A DNA stretch of 41,373 bases, taken from assembly GCA_026025795.1 (NCBI GenBank), contig JAPEUG010000121.1, positions 1 through 41,373 on the forward strand, written 5' to 3'. Within the stretch, counting starts at the first letter, position 1, and the number at the start of each line of letters is the position of its first letter. Below are positions 12,401-23,889 of this stretch, piece after piece. The notes under the pieces are model-generated. The model was given only the letters and a program-made list of their open reading frames with translations. It was not told the DNA's origin and made no database searches. Origin of the DNA: Thelocarpon superellum. Its lineage: Eukaryota. Made by a program: the position numbers and the translations under genes.

Positions 12401-13232
12401 GTCGATGCCGCCTCAGACCATACCAGAACCGGAGCCGGACGTGGAAGACATACGTAGGGCCGGAACGGAACATGGAGAGCCCGACAGCGGAGACTCTTAC
12501 GTCACTCGTCTCGCGTCTTGCTAGCTTGTCACTTTGTCCGTCCGCATTAGGCATGAGCAGTTCTACTAAATTGGTTACCATTCTAACTCATACAGTGGCG
12601 ATTGGGAAGAGAAGTAGGATGGTGTGGCAGAGGGGCAAAGGAAAGCGAGTGAGTGAGACAGAGAAGACGGATGCGGCAAGCGGATGTTTCATCAACCTTT
12701 GACCTCGCTCGGGCCTATGGGTATCGAATCTCTTTCTGTTCGCCAGTGACGACTCTACCTCCCGCTGTCTCGCTATCTCTATATCTCTATATATCGACGT
12801 AAAAGAATAGAAGGGAGATTTTGTACGATTGGAAAAGAGAGGGTATAGAAAGATGTTGATGTATGAAGGCGTGTGAGCATCTTTCCGGATGCGATTATAT
12901 GTCGGACAGTTATGTGACGTACAAATCCGGACAAAACCACGAGTGAAAGAAGTGACCAATGCGAAGACCAATGACGAAATTTCTAGCTAATTACAAAGAC
13001 CCTGTGGAACCTGACATGGACCTGTCACAGAGCTTAATAACCCTCCGCAGATTGACAAATGGTAATTAAAGATTAAACCCGCGTCGATGGAGCGTGGGTT
13101 GAAGGCGTGAGATTGGGTGGGGTAGGATGGAGGTGGAAGGATGGAATATGCCAAGGCCAGGTTCGAAGGCTCGGTCGACCGCAGCTGTGGATCGAGGCTT
13201 TTCGCTCGGTGGTCATCTGCTGGACCAAGGCT

Positions 13233-14027
13233 TTACATGAAAGCAGCAACGGCCATGACGGCCAGAGCGGCGACGCTACTACCGAGCTTGGTGGCGCTGA
13301 TGATGCCGGCCTTGCCCTCGAACTGGGCGGGCGAGGCACCGAGCGAAGGCGAGGATCCCTCCGCCGAGGTGGCGACGGCGGCAGCACTCTCACCAGGCGT
13401 TGCGGCGGCGGGTGCTGCACCCGCGGGCGGCGTACCGGCGACAGGTGCGGCACCGACGGCTGGCGAGGCCGCCGGAGCACCGGGAGCAGCGGGAGCAGCG
13501 GGAGCACCGGGAGCAGCGGGGGCACCGGGGGCACCGGGAGCGCCGGGAGCGCCGGGAGCGGCAGAGGCGCCGGGGGCGCCGGGAGCGGCAGAGGCACCGG
13601 GAGCGCCGGGAGCAGGTGATCCAGGCAAGACGACGGCTGGGACGACAGACGTCGCGGGGACAAGGACGGCCGGAGTGGAGACAGGTGTCACAGGAACAAT
13701 CGGCGCGGTCGAGTTGGTAAAGGGCGCAGAGGGTCGGATGACGGGCACCACCGGGGCCGTCCCTAGCGATTTCGGAGGTACGCTGGTCTTGGTCTTGTTG
13801 TAGGAAGGTTGATAAGAGATGGGCGTGGTGGTGGCGGGGCAGATGGTGGTGGTGATGGGAATGACGGAAGTGACGACCACCGTGGCATTCGCCGGGCAGT
13901 ACTTCACAGTCGGAGCGCAGCTGGTGATGGTTTTGACGGTGGTGGTTAAGTAGGTGGAAGTGGTGTTCTGCGCAGCGGTAAGACCGATGCTAAAAGCCAG
14001 CACCGGGGCGACGGCGAGGAACTTCAT
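13233..14027 (-). CDS. GPI-anchored cell-wall/surface protein with Thr/Cys motif and Ala-Pro-Gly repeats
   Basis: Signal peptide MKFLAVAPVLAFSIGLTAA. TITSCAPTVKYCPA..TTTICP wall-protein motif. N-glycosylation sequons NTT, NAT, NKT, NST. C-terminal FEGKAG..LAVMAVAAFM resembles a GPI signal. Intronless, 264 aa. Confidence 0.9.
   Translation of the reverse strand: MKFLAVAPVLAFSIGLTAAQNTTSTYLTTTVKTITSCAPTVKYCPANATVVVTSVIPITTTICPATTTPISYQPSYNKTKTSVPPKSLGTAPVVPVIRPSAPFTNSTAPIVPVTPVSTPAVLVPATSVVPAVVLPGSPAPGAPGASAAPGAPGASAAPGAPGAPGAPGAPAAPGAPAAPAAPGAPAASPAVGAAPVAGTPPAGAAPAAATPGESAAAVATSAEGSSPSLGASPAQFEGKAGIISATKLGSSVAALAVMAVAAFM
13468..13620 (-). repeat. Intragenic 9-bp-based tandem repeat encoding (APG/APA/ASA)n
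   Basis: Repeated plus-strand units such as gccgggagc, accgggagc and agcgggagc. The protein reads APGAPGASAAPGAPGASAAPGAPGAPGAPGAPAAPGAPAAPAAPG. Confidence 0.9.
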
Positions 14028-15154
14028 CGTGGCTGAGTCGATGAACGAGAGGTACGACGGGACGAGGGACGCGACGAGGAGTGATAATGGATCGTTGGGA
14101 AGCTGGGAACGACTGAGACTGAGCCTAAAAGACTCTACGAGATAGATTGCGAGGAAAGATGGGTCGAGCGAGAGAGTAGAGGAGTAGCCGCAATTTATGG
14201 AATCTCCGAGGTGGTCGACTTCGAAAAGCCTTCACCCAACGAGCCTCGCCCGAGCGCAATCAGCATGATTGCGGCCCAGGGCGCATCTGCTACCGTCACG
14301 TCACACTCGAACCAGCCACTTCGTTGCCAGGGTATCAATTTGCGGTAATGCTGCCCGTCGCGTCAAGGCTCGGCGCTCAAGCTAGGTGCGGGAGGCCAGC
14401 AGTTGGCCGCCGCATGTCGTTGGCTCCGAAGAAAATCTTACGAGCTCAAGCAATGGTTGCACACTGCACCTCATTGGGTATCGGACGTGTTGTCCATGGT
14501 GGTAACAGCGAAGATGGCCGGACGGTAGCATATCAGTTGACAGGCCGTGGTTGCATCAAGCCATTGCAAAGATAACGACGGATGCGGCCACGAGCGATGA
14601 GTCTGATCAGACGCCATCGCCTCATCCGCCTCGACATCACGTCTGTGAGGCAGCAAAGGACCCCGCAAACGGTCCGAGAGTACATAACCTCGCAACTGAA
14701 ACCTTTGCCGTCATGAGCCTGTCCTTTTGCGGGTCAGGATGTCTTAGCAGAGTGACATCGGGTTCATCGGTCGAGACTTTATTAATAGTCTCCAGGACGA
14801 TGCCGCCGGATTCCGACCGGATGAGACGGGGTGAACAAGAAGCGGAATGATAGCCGAGACGGTCCAGTCGTTACGAGGAAATGGCCGGAGAAGGAGCTTG
14901 CATGCGGAACTCCCTCTGGACGGTACGAAGTAATACTCGTACGAGCAGCCTGTGCCCCCAGACCAGTCGCTTCGATCCGTGGCGGAGGGAACGTCGCAAC
15001 CCCGCTTGCAACCGAACGCCAGCACGGGCACTAACCGGGTATGCAGCTACCCCTCCCCTCGTCTGCAGGAACGATGTGACCGAGAGAGCTCCCACATCAG
15101 CAGAGCAAATCCTCTTTGGTCGTGAGCAAGCATTCTACCATTCCGGACGCAACC

Positions 15155-16406
15155 ATGGTTTTCACTTCGGAGATTTCGTTTACGTTGGACACGATTTGCC
15201 CGTGGTACGTACCTAACAGCGGTAGTGGGGACACCGCAAACGGAAGCTGATGAGTCGCGATGCGCGGTAGGACTTTTCTCGCGAAACGGAGGTTACGTAG
15301 CACCCTCCTGTCCACCTCTCCTCCTCGGCTGACTCGGATTCGATCTCCCTCAGGCTTGACCAAGGTTAGTCTACGCGGTGCTCTCTCCTCGGTAGTGTCG
15401 TCGATGAGATACTCCGTCTGATTTTCTCCTGAGCCGCCGCCAGACCTTGCTATTGTCTTGGGTGTTGGTCGAGAAATGGCCAAGGCCAGCACCCCCCTGG
15501 ACATGTCGCAGACCGTACTCCGACCGGGGCGAGGAGGAAAGATAGCGTGGCCGTCAATATATTTTCGTGGCTTACTTGCCAAGATACGCTGACAGCCTGC
15601 CACCCCATAGCACTTGCCATCGTTAGACACTGTTCTGTCTCGGAGAAGGTCCAGTTCACTGTGAGGTTCTACCCGTATCAACTCTACCCGGACGCGTCCG
15701 AGGAAGGCGAAGACAAATATGGGTGGTATGACAGCGCCTCCCTAGCCCCACGTCCCCCCGACTTCTCTCCTTGGACTGGCCGTGCACGAGCTGCATTGGG
15801 CGCTGGCCCTGCGAGATGAGTCCTCACATTAACCCGGACTGGCACGATCAGGTACCGACGGACCAAGTATGACGACAACGACGAGAAGATGGTGAAATAC
15901 ACTACGCTCATGTCGGACTATGGCCGATCGGCTGGGATCAGCTTCAAGTTTGGCGGGACCATAGCAAACAGTCTCCCCGCCCACCGGTTGATTCAGTACT
16001 TTCAGGAAGCTCCCCAAGGATCCCCCGAGTTGGCGGATCGAATCGTGAATTGTGATGAAGCCCCAGGGATCGTCAGGACGTTAACAACCTGACTGGCTGA
16101 CCCGCCTCTCTAGCCCTCTACATCCTGTATTTTGAGCAAGAGGCTCATCCCGCCGACGACCAGACGCTGTTACATGCGGCCACGGAGGCGGGCATCTCTC
16201 TAGAAGCCGCGCAAGCAGCGATCCGGAACAGGACCGAGGGGGTGCAGGACGTCAAAGCGTTGATTCGCGAGCAGGTCGGTGACGGGGTGGACAGTGTACC
16301 TTACATCGTCTTCGAGGGGAAGAAGCGGGATTTCACTTTGGTCGGGGCCCAAGAGGTGGGCGAATATGTCCAGGCCCTGGAGCAAGTAGCGAAGGAGAGC
16401 GAATAG
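15155..16406 (+). CDS. DsbA/FrnE-like thioredoxin-fold protein (DSBA family, CPWT site)
   Basis: Six exons: 15155-15204, 15271-15291, 15354-15364, 15611-15725, 15852-16051, 16114-16406. Joined they give MVFTSEISFTLDTICPWTFLAKRRLDQALAIVR..PYQLYPDASEEGEDKYGWY..FKFGGTIANSLPAHRLIQ..SLYILYFEQEAHP..GVDSVPYIVFEGKKRDFTLVGAQEV. Confidence 0.85.
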
Positions 16407-17406
16407 GGGTGCGAGAGTGCAGCCAGCATGACCCGACACTCCCATCACCTATGAGGAATCCTCCCGCTGGACCGGGCCGTGGTGCTCTGCAGATGAAACG
16501 GATGGGCGGATCGTGCTGGAGGCGAAAGTCCCAGTCCGAGTGGTTGGAACTCGGCAAGGGAGCGTTCGGAAAGGATGTGCGGCATCCGGAAGGGTCCGGC
16601 TTGCGGCGGTCAAGTGGGTGGTGGTGCTTTGCTCGCGCACGTGACCTGCACTGATGACTTGCATGAATCCCGTCGATCGTTCCCCGTATCATAGCCGAGG
16701 CCGAGGATCACGTCCCCGCTGCGCCAGGCTTGCCGGGTGGGGCGGGGCAGGCGGAAGGCTGTCGTGCACCCTTGCCGTGCTGATTGGCGTGTGTGTAACG
16801 GGTCACTTGCATCACCACAGACCTCGAATATGGGGGCATCAGTAAGGCACTTCACCATCCGCCAGGATCATCGCACCGCGCGCCGGGCGCCAGGCGCCAG
16901 GCGCCGCGCTGGCCCAGCGGGAGCCACGGTCGCAATGTCGTTTCATCGCTCTAGTTCCGCCGGCGTCGCCCCAGCCGCCGTGATCGGAGGGCCAGGGCCT
17001 CGGTAGTCGAGGGTCGGCATGGATGCTGCGCCTGCTTCGTGGGGTCGTGTGCCAGCGCGCCTCCGCGCCCAGCCGTGCCGATGGCTCACCTCCCCTCGGA
17101 CCCTTTCTAAGCCAGCAGCAGCAGCAGCGTCCTTGCCTGGTAGCGTTTAGGTTTCTCTCCTTCCCCCTCAGCCATTCCCAAGAGATTCACTAGGCTGCGT
17201 CGCCATAAGCGAAGCACGGCTAACGGTGCGGTGTAAGTCGATGATTTTTCATCCACATCGATACGTCAGCCATCTGACTCGATCTCTCCGGTGGTGACGG
17301 CTCTCTTATTTTCGATCCCCTGCAGTCCGCGATGGCCCGGGCCGGGACATAAAGCTGCCACGTCCAGTCGCGCTCTCTCCACCTCCCCGACCCGTCCAGC
17401 GGCACC

Positions 17407-18997
17407 ATGATTCCCTCTCTCCCGAACCCGGTCGACTACGACGTGTCTCCGCATACTGGCTTCCTCCCCGCACGGCTGCCGCTCGACGTCCTGCCTGACC
17501 CGTATTACGCTAAATGGGAGGCGGTCGTGAGGAGCCTCCAATCATTGCTACTGAGCCAGCGACTCCGTGGCGTGATTGACAACCTCCCCGTGCTGTCCAC
17601 GACGCGTCTACACGATGAGGCGGAATGGCGACGGGCATATGCGCTCCTGGGATTCATGACCCATTCCTACATCTGGGGAGGAGATGTCCCAGCCAATGTA
17701 CGCGCTCCATGCCACCCTACCGAGGTCCGTACTCACGTCCACACAGCGCCTTCCGCCATGCCTTGCGATCCCGTTCCTGTCCGTGGCGGAGCATCTTGAA
17801 ATTCCTCCCGTCGCCACTTATGCAGCGCTTTGTCTGTGGAATTTCAAGCCCATCTTTGAGGACGAGGCCATTGATAGCCTGGAGAACCTTTCGACCCTCG
17901 CCACCTTCACCGGGTCCTTGGACGAATCATGGTTCTACCTGGTGTCTGTTGCCATCGAGGCGCGGAGCGGTCCAATGATTCCCCTGATGCTCGATGCCAT
18001 TGCTGCGGCGCGTGTCAAGGACAGCCGGACGGTCACGCTCTGTCTCAACTTGTTCGCCGAGCGACTCGACGAGCTTGGGACGCTCCTGCTGCGCATGTTC
18101 GAGAACTGTGACCCGCACGTCTTCTACCATCGCATCCGACCCTTCCTGGCGGGTAGCAAGAACATGTCGGACGCAGGCCTCCCTGAAGGCGTCTTCTACG
18201 ACACAGGCAGCGCGGATGACACGTATCGACACTACAGCGGTGGTAGCAATGCGCAAAGCTCGTTGATTCAATTCTTCGACATCGTTCTAGGCGTGGAGCA
18301 TCGTCCGACCGGGGAGAAGGCATCGGACTCGACTGGAGACGAGAAGACGCGCACGTCCACGTTGCCTCCGTCTGCGCCGCGACATAACTTCATCCAGGTA
18401 CGATGGGCTTGTGATGAGGGAATGGGTTCGACTGACGGCGACTAGGAAATGCGTTTGTACATGCCCGGGCCGCACCGTCGATTCCTCGAGCATGTTGCTA
18501 GCGTGGCCAACATTCGCGAGTACGTTGAGAGTCATCGATCGGACCGTGCACTCTGCGTCGCCTATGACGCGTGTCTGGCCATGTTGCGGGCCTTCCGCGA
18601 CAAACACATTCAGGTGGTATCGCGGTACATCATCGTGAAATCGCGCGAGTCGCGTTCCCATTCACGCTCGCTTAGCCCGCGCGCGGCTCCACCCATCATG
18701 AACATCGCCACGGCGGCCAGCGGGAGCTCGAAGGGACGGAGTCCAGGTGGCAAGAATAAGCTGACGGGCACGGGAGGAACGGCGTTGATTCCGTTTTTGA
18801 AGCAAGCACGCGACGAAACGGGCGAGCCGGCGATCGACGCCTGGGCGCGCCGTCTCCTCAGCAACGGACCGGCGGATGACCGCAGCTTTGCGCGATTGGG
18901 CAAAGTGGACGAGCATGCGAACGGCGACATGGAGATTGTGGGCTTAGCGGGGACATGGGCCATGGATGATAGCGAAGGCGGGCTCTGTCACTGGTGA
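17407..18997 (+). CDS. BNA2: Indoleamine 2,3-dioxygenase (kynurenine pathway)
   Basis: Exons 17407-17697, 17747-18397, 18446-18997. Motifs HSYIWG, PPVATYA, FTGSLDESWFYLVS, FYHRIRPFLAG, YSGGSNAQSS, MRLYMPGPHR, FRDKH (proximal heme His) and GTGGT. Confidence 0.95.
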
Positions 18998-20277
18998 TGC
19001 GGCATTCGGGAGCGTGGCGACTGCGGTGGTTTGGCCCCCTCTCGGCCGCTGGCGGCTGCGCTTGTGATTTTACCTGATGCATGCGGAGGCGGATTTGGCG
19101 GACATGATGAACATCATGAACTGGGGCGGGGGAGTCTTGCAAACCAGCGCCTTACTTATGTACCCATGACCTATGAAGCCGTTGAGAAGTATCTCTGGCG
19201 CGAGCAAAATAATGAAGAAGTTCTTCCAGCAAGATAGGTGCGCAATCTGCTTCGGAATACGTTCCTTACGGATTGGATGGCCAAGACGAGTATCCCACTG
19301 CCCCAACAATGACGTAGGTAAAAACCATGCGCTACAGCTTGACCATGGACAATCACATGTGCAGGCCGATATCAAGGCACTGGTCGTTGGCGATATGGAG
19401 ATTCACATCGCGCAGCCGCTCGCAGGGTAGCTGCGATCGTGTACGATCCACAACTCCATGGGGTTCCTATACCGTATCTTCGAGAACGTAACAGAATTCA
19501 GCGAGACTAGGGAAAGGCCGGTTCCAGATGCTTCGCTCATATTTTGAATAGGCGAGCGACGGTACCGCCGACATACATACCGTAGCTCTCTAGACAAATG
19601 AAAAAACGCGAAGAATTCCATAGAAGTAACGGATGTGAATCAATCTTCGAAGCCGGGATTATCAGTCCGATAGTTACTCACTGAACAGTATCCGTGGTAC
19701 CGTACTCGTACCGGTAGTCGCACACGCATGCATCGATTGGGTGGAGGAGGAAGAGGACGCGGAAGGCCATCAGCCACTTTGTCCAGCACCTCAACGATGA
19801 CGCAATTTAGCGAGGTGGTCACATCACAAGCGAGGAGCAACGCCACGAAAGCGGCGATGACGTCGTACGGCAAGGATGGCTTTATTTTTCGCTTCGGCCG
19901 GCGTCACCAACGTCAGTGGCTACCGGGATGGAAAGGATCCCGAGGCGCACGTTGGCGCGTCAGACCAATCAGAGGAGCCTGGGATGAGACGATGTGACGG
20001 CCCGGGTCACGCGGAGGATGTGAATCGGGTAAGGTAGGCCTGGCTGGAGCTGGGATGGCGACTGGTAGCCGGCGTGCATCGTAGGGTCCAGCAGGGAACA
20101 GGGCCGGCCAGGCCATCTTTACAGTTCGGTGCGAGTACATCTTGTGGCTGGTGAGTTGTTGATAGGTGAAGCTTGTAAGGAGGGATGAAGCGAGGGGGAG
20201 AGAAGAAGCTGTAGTTGCCATACAAGCAAGCACGAGGACAAGTAAGGCTACGCTGCCACTGCGTTTGTGCTCCAAGA

Positions 20278-20283
20278 TATAAA
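20278..20283 (+). promoter_or_regulatory. TATA box (TATAAA) of the CsbD/LEA-like gene
   Basis: TATAAA about 145 nt upstream of ATG 20426, followed by a C/A-rich leader and CAACATG start context. Confidence 0.55.
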
Positions 20284-20425
20284 GAGGGCTGTGATCCTAT
20301 AAGGCTTCCGCAAGCAGCCGATTCTATTCTCCAACTCTCTCGACAGCTCAACCTACAATCACTCTGCTACCAACCCTGCTTCGAAAATCCTCAGTCCTCA
20401 AACCAACCATCCACTCACCATCAAC

Positions 20426-21142
20426 ATGTCTGATTCCAACACCTCCACTTTCCAGTCTTACGTTGACTCCGCCACCGGAGCGGCTCAATCAGCTCTCGGA
20501 TCTTTGACGGGCAACCCAGCCGACAAGGTGAGGAATGCCCCCCATGTCTGGCCCCGCGTCGACCCTGCACCCATTACTCCCACTCCCACCCCACCCTCTC
20601 CCCACCTTCACGACCTAACACATGTGGTGAACAGGCGCAGGGCCAAAACACGCAAGACAAGGCGCAGCTCGAGAACGACGCCTCTCACACCGTGGGCAAG
20701 ATCGGCAACGTGAACATCGGCCCGAACGGCGCCACCTCGGTCGACGACTCGAACCGCACCGACGGATCATGGAACCAGACGATCGGTAGCGCCAAGGAGG
20801 CCATCGGTGGCCTGGTGGGCGCTGACGGCCTCAAAGCCGAAGGCCAGCGCCAGAATGAGGCTGGGAAGGGCCAGGAGGCTCAAGGCCAATTGTCTGATTT
20901 CGGCACAGGTGTTGGTACGTCTGCGTCTACGTCCCCATCCTCCGCTTTTTATGTCTTTCCTGAACATGGCTGATGTGGATTCGACTCGTGTAGCCGACCG
21001 AGCCAAGGGTGCGTTCGGTGGTGCCGTGGCAGGCGTCACGGGCGACCGAGACGCGCAGGCGGCATACCAGGCCCAGCATGACACGGGCAAGGTGACGCAG
21101 CGAAGTGCCGAGGCCGATATTCAGAAGCAGGCGGATGCGTGA
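20426..21142 (+). CDS. CsbD/LEA-like hydrophilic stress protein (Hmp1 'mismatched base pair and cruciform DNA recognition'-like)
   Basis: Exons 20426-20527, 20635-20914, 20994-21142, all GT-AG. Protein: SYVDSATGAAQSALGSLTG..GSWNQTIGSAKEAIGGLVG..GKGQEAQGQLSDFGTGVADRAKG..QHDTGKVTQRSAEADIQKQ. Confidence 0.85.
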
Positions 21143-21505
21143 TACGTTCTGCGTACACGTCCATCTGCCTCCTGTTCATTCCGCGAGATAACTAAGATCG
21201 AATTTGATACCGATGGAAGATGAGCAAGCGTGAGACACGGATGGAGCGAGCAAATTGATGAATGCATTGAAATACGAGCCACGGAATGAAGGCAGCGGGA
21301 TGGGGATCAAATGGTCTACTTCATGATGATTAGTCGGACCTCTTAGTTAGATACCCTCCTTGTTCCAATACACCTCGAATGACCTCAACTCACTTAGTTG
21401 CACTCGCTAATCTGATCTACTGATAACTCGTGCAACTTACACAACTTCCTCTCCATGTTTACTGAGATGCGAGGCTACCTCTTCTCCAGGTAAATGGTTC
21501 ATCGA

Positions 21506-23445
21506 TCAGGTCCCCCCTTCCTCAGTCAAAGCCATACCACGAGAGATCTTCCGGATCAATGCCTTTTTGAGGAATTGCTCACGTGCCAGACTTCGGGATT
21601 GCTATATTCCCCACGTTGATTAGTTCGTGTTACCACATTCGCCGCCTACTTTCTCATCTCGCGTAGGAAGGGATGGGAGAGAGAGGGATTGGTAATGGAA
21701 AGGGAAAAGGGAAATACCTTCAAAAACACCTCCAGTCCAACTCGCCCCGTATCCAGGGCTCGTCCCAGGACAAACATGGTGTCGCCCAGGGCGCGCTCCT
21801 CAGCCACGACGTCGTAGAGCTGTCCGCCGACTACGGTTGGGGCCACGAGCACGTCGTCGACGTTCGGCACGCTACGGCTTTTCGCCTCCTCCATGACAGC
21901 GTCGGCGCGCTGGATGCTCTCCGTCAAGATGCGCTCGTTGGACTCGAGCGTGGTGGAGAGCTGGGCCAGGAGATGCATTTCGTGCTGCATGGCGGAGAGA
22001 GAGCGCTGGAGCGCCGCGTGTTGCGCCTGCAGAGACGGGAGCGTGGAGGTCATGGCCTGGTTCTGGGCCGCCAGTCGGTGCTGGTAGAGGGTGTTGCCAA
22101 GGGCGTCGAGCAGCGCGTCTTTCTCCGGGTTGGGGGGGATGGGGGGGGCAGGGAGAGGAGCCGCACTTGAAGTGAGAGTAGCAGGCGAGATGGTAAGAGG
22201 GGCCGAGAGCAGGTCTTCGGTTGGTTGGGAGACGCCCTTATTGGGCGGTGGGTGATAGATGGGGGAAGCAATGCTGTGACTGTGTGCGCCGGGATGCGGT
22301 TGAGCAGGGCCGTAGTTTTGGTGATTTTGGTAGGGTGGTTGTGGGGGGCCTGAGTCGGTTGGTGGAGGCTGCATGGATGGCGGTCGATTATTGTACGGAG
22401 GGTCTACTGAGCCAGTCCAAGTCGGAGGAGCTGCGGGGGGTCCTGGTCCTGGTGCGACATAGCCTGGACGAGGTGGGGGCCCTTGACAAGGCCCTATACT
22501 ACTGACTCGTTGTGGAACGGGGTAAGAGTATGATTCGCCTGGGGCGGATCCTCGAATATTCAGTTGTCCCGGAACCGGGGGAAGAGGTGGTGCTTCACGC
22601 CCAGAAGGGGCTTGTGAATCACGCCCTTGCGGCGTAGCCTGACCTGCTCGATTCCCTTCGGCTTTTGGTGGGAGCGGGGGAGGGCGAGGGCTGGAGTCAT
22701 GATTTACATGAGGGAGAAATGGATTTGGTGGCGGTGACCGACCCAGCTCTGGAGGTAATGGCGGGGGTGGTGGTGGCGCCGTTGTAGGAGAGGTATATAC
22801 CGGCCGAGCTTGTTGTGATCGCGAGACCACTGGAGGCTCCTTGGCAAAGACGCTGCTGAGGACGTCGAGGAAATCTGAGAGAGTCGACTTCTAGCAGGAC
22901 CGTCAGCTTGCTCCCACATTCCGGGTGCGCAGTATCGGGGATGCTCACATCCCAAAAGTCCTGCCACCGGGCCAGATACGGATGATAGACACGACCATCG
23001 CCGCCGACATGTTGTCCAGGACGAACTACCATACTCCGTGTCGGCGTGACGTACACCATCGGTGCCTCGCGGGGATAGGTGTAGGGGAGCCAGAGTGCGA
23101 TGGGAAACTGATACACCGTTCCGCGGAAAGAGACTGGAAGGGTCCCGGAGACCAGGAGCAACAAGGCCGATGCTCCATTTTCGTACGCTGTCTCAGGTCA
23201 GTCGACGGCAGACATTCATCAACGGGGCAGGACACACTGTAGACTTCGGTTCGTGGGCTGAGGGATGGAACACGGGCGAGGATATGTGCCACGTCCTCGT
23301 AGGTACGATTGATGTCATGATAGTCCTGGTGAGCGGTAACGTGTAAGCTCTTAAGCAACCTGTCGGCTTCGATGGGTCGGGCAGTACGTACGCTGGTGAG
23401 GACGCTGTAGAGCCAGTTCAGCACCTTCTGTGGCACGGCGCTCAT
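21506..23445 (-). CDS. VPS23: ESCRT-I subunit Vps23/Tsg101 (UEV domain, Pro-rich linker, coiled coil, SB domain)
   Basis: Exons 23445-23392, 23325-23238, 23187-22949, 22890-21718, 21601-21506. UEV motifs LSPRTEVYTYENG, SGTLPVSFRG, YPREAPMVYV and GRVYHPYL. C-terminal QLYDVVAEERAL..FLKQSRSLAREQFLKKALI. Confidence 0.93.
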
Positions 23446-23889
23446 GGTCTGAGCAGCTTGAGGGCATAGCCTGACGGTAAAAGCTGGGCCTAGGTCGAAT
23501 CATGGCATCATGTTGACTTCGGTTACGCACACTTCCGGTCAAGGGTGGGTGGTGTTGAGCTTGGCCTTGTGCCGTGACGACGGCGATGTCGCCAACTCTA
23601 TGCCGCTACGGTGCTTCAGTACGCGTTGGAGCACGCCTTGACGTCAATGTGATTGCCACGCCGCAGGTCGCCGGAGCTCGGTGGCAGCACGACAACCGCT
23701 CCCGGCCCGTCTCATGTGACTTACAATGTACCGGTGGCCGCATCGCTCTTTATGATCGGCTACGTCCATGTCGAGCATTGCGTGGAATTGAGCTGATCCC
23801 GCCTAGATGTACTTCGTACGTGTAATGAAGACATACTGCCCAACGCCCCAGACCTGTCCGCCCGACGCGTCCAGCCTATGTCCCATGAA

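Noticed and set aside
13107..13803. Plus-strand collagen- or silk-like Gly/Ala ORFs
   Set aside because: These are antisense shadows of the repeat-rich GPI protein, which has both signal peptide and GPI signal on the minus strand.
15097..15681. 194-aa minus-strand ORF
   Set aside because: It lies antisense across the exons and introns of the DSBA gene and has no recognisable motif.
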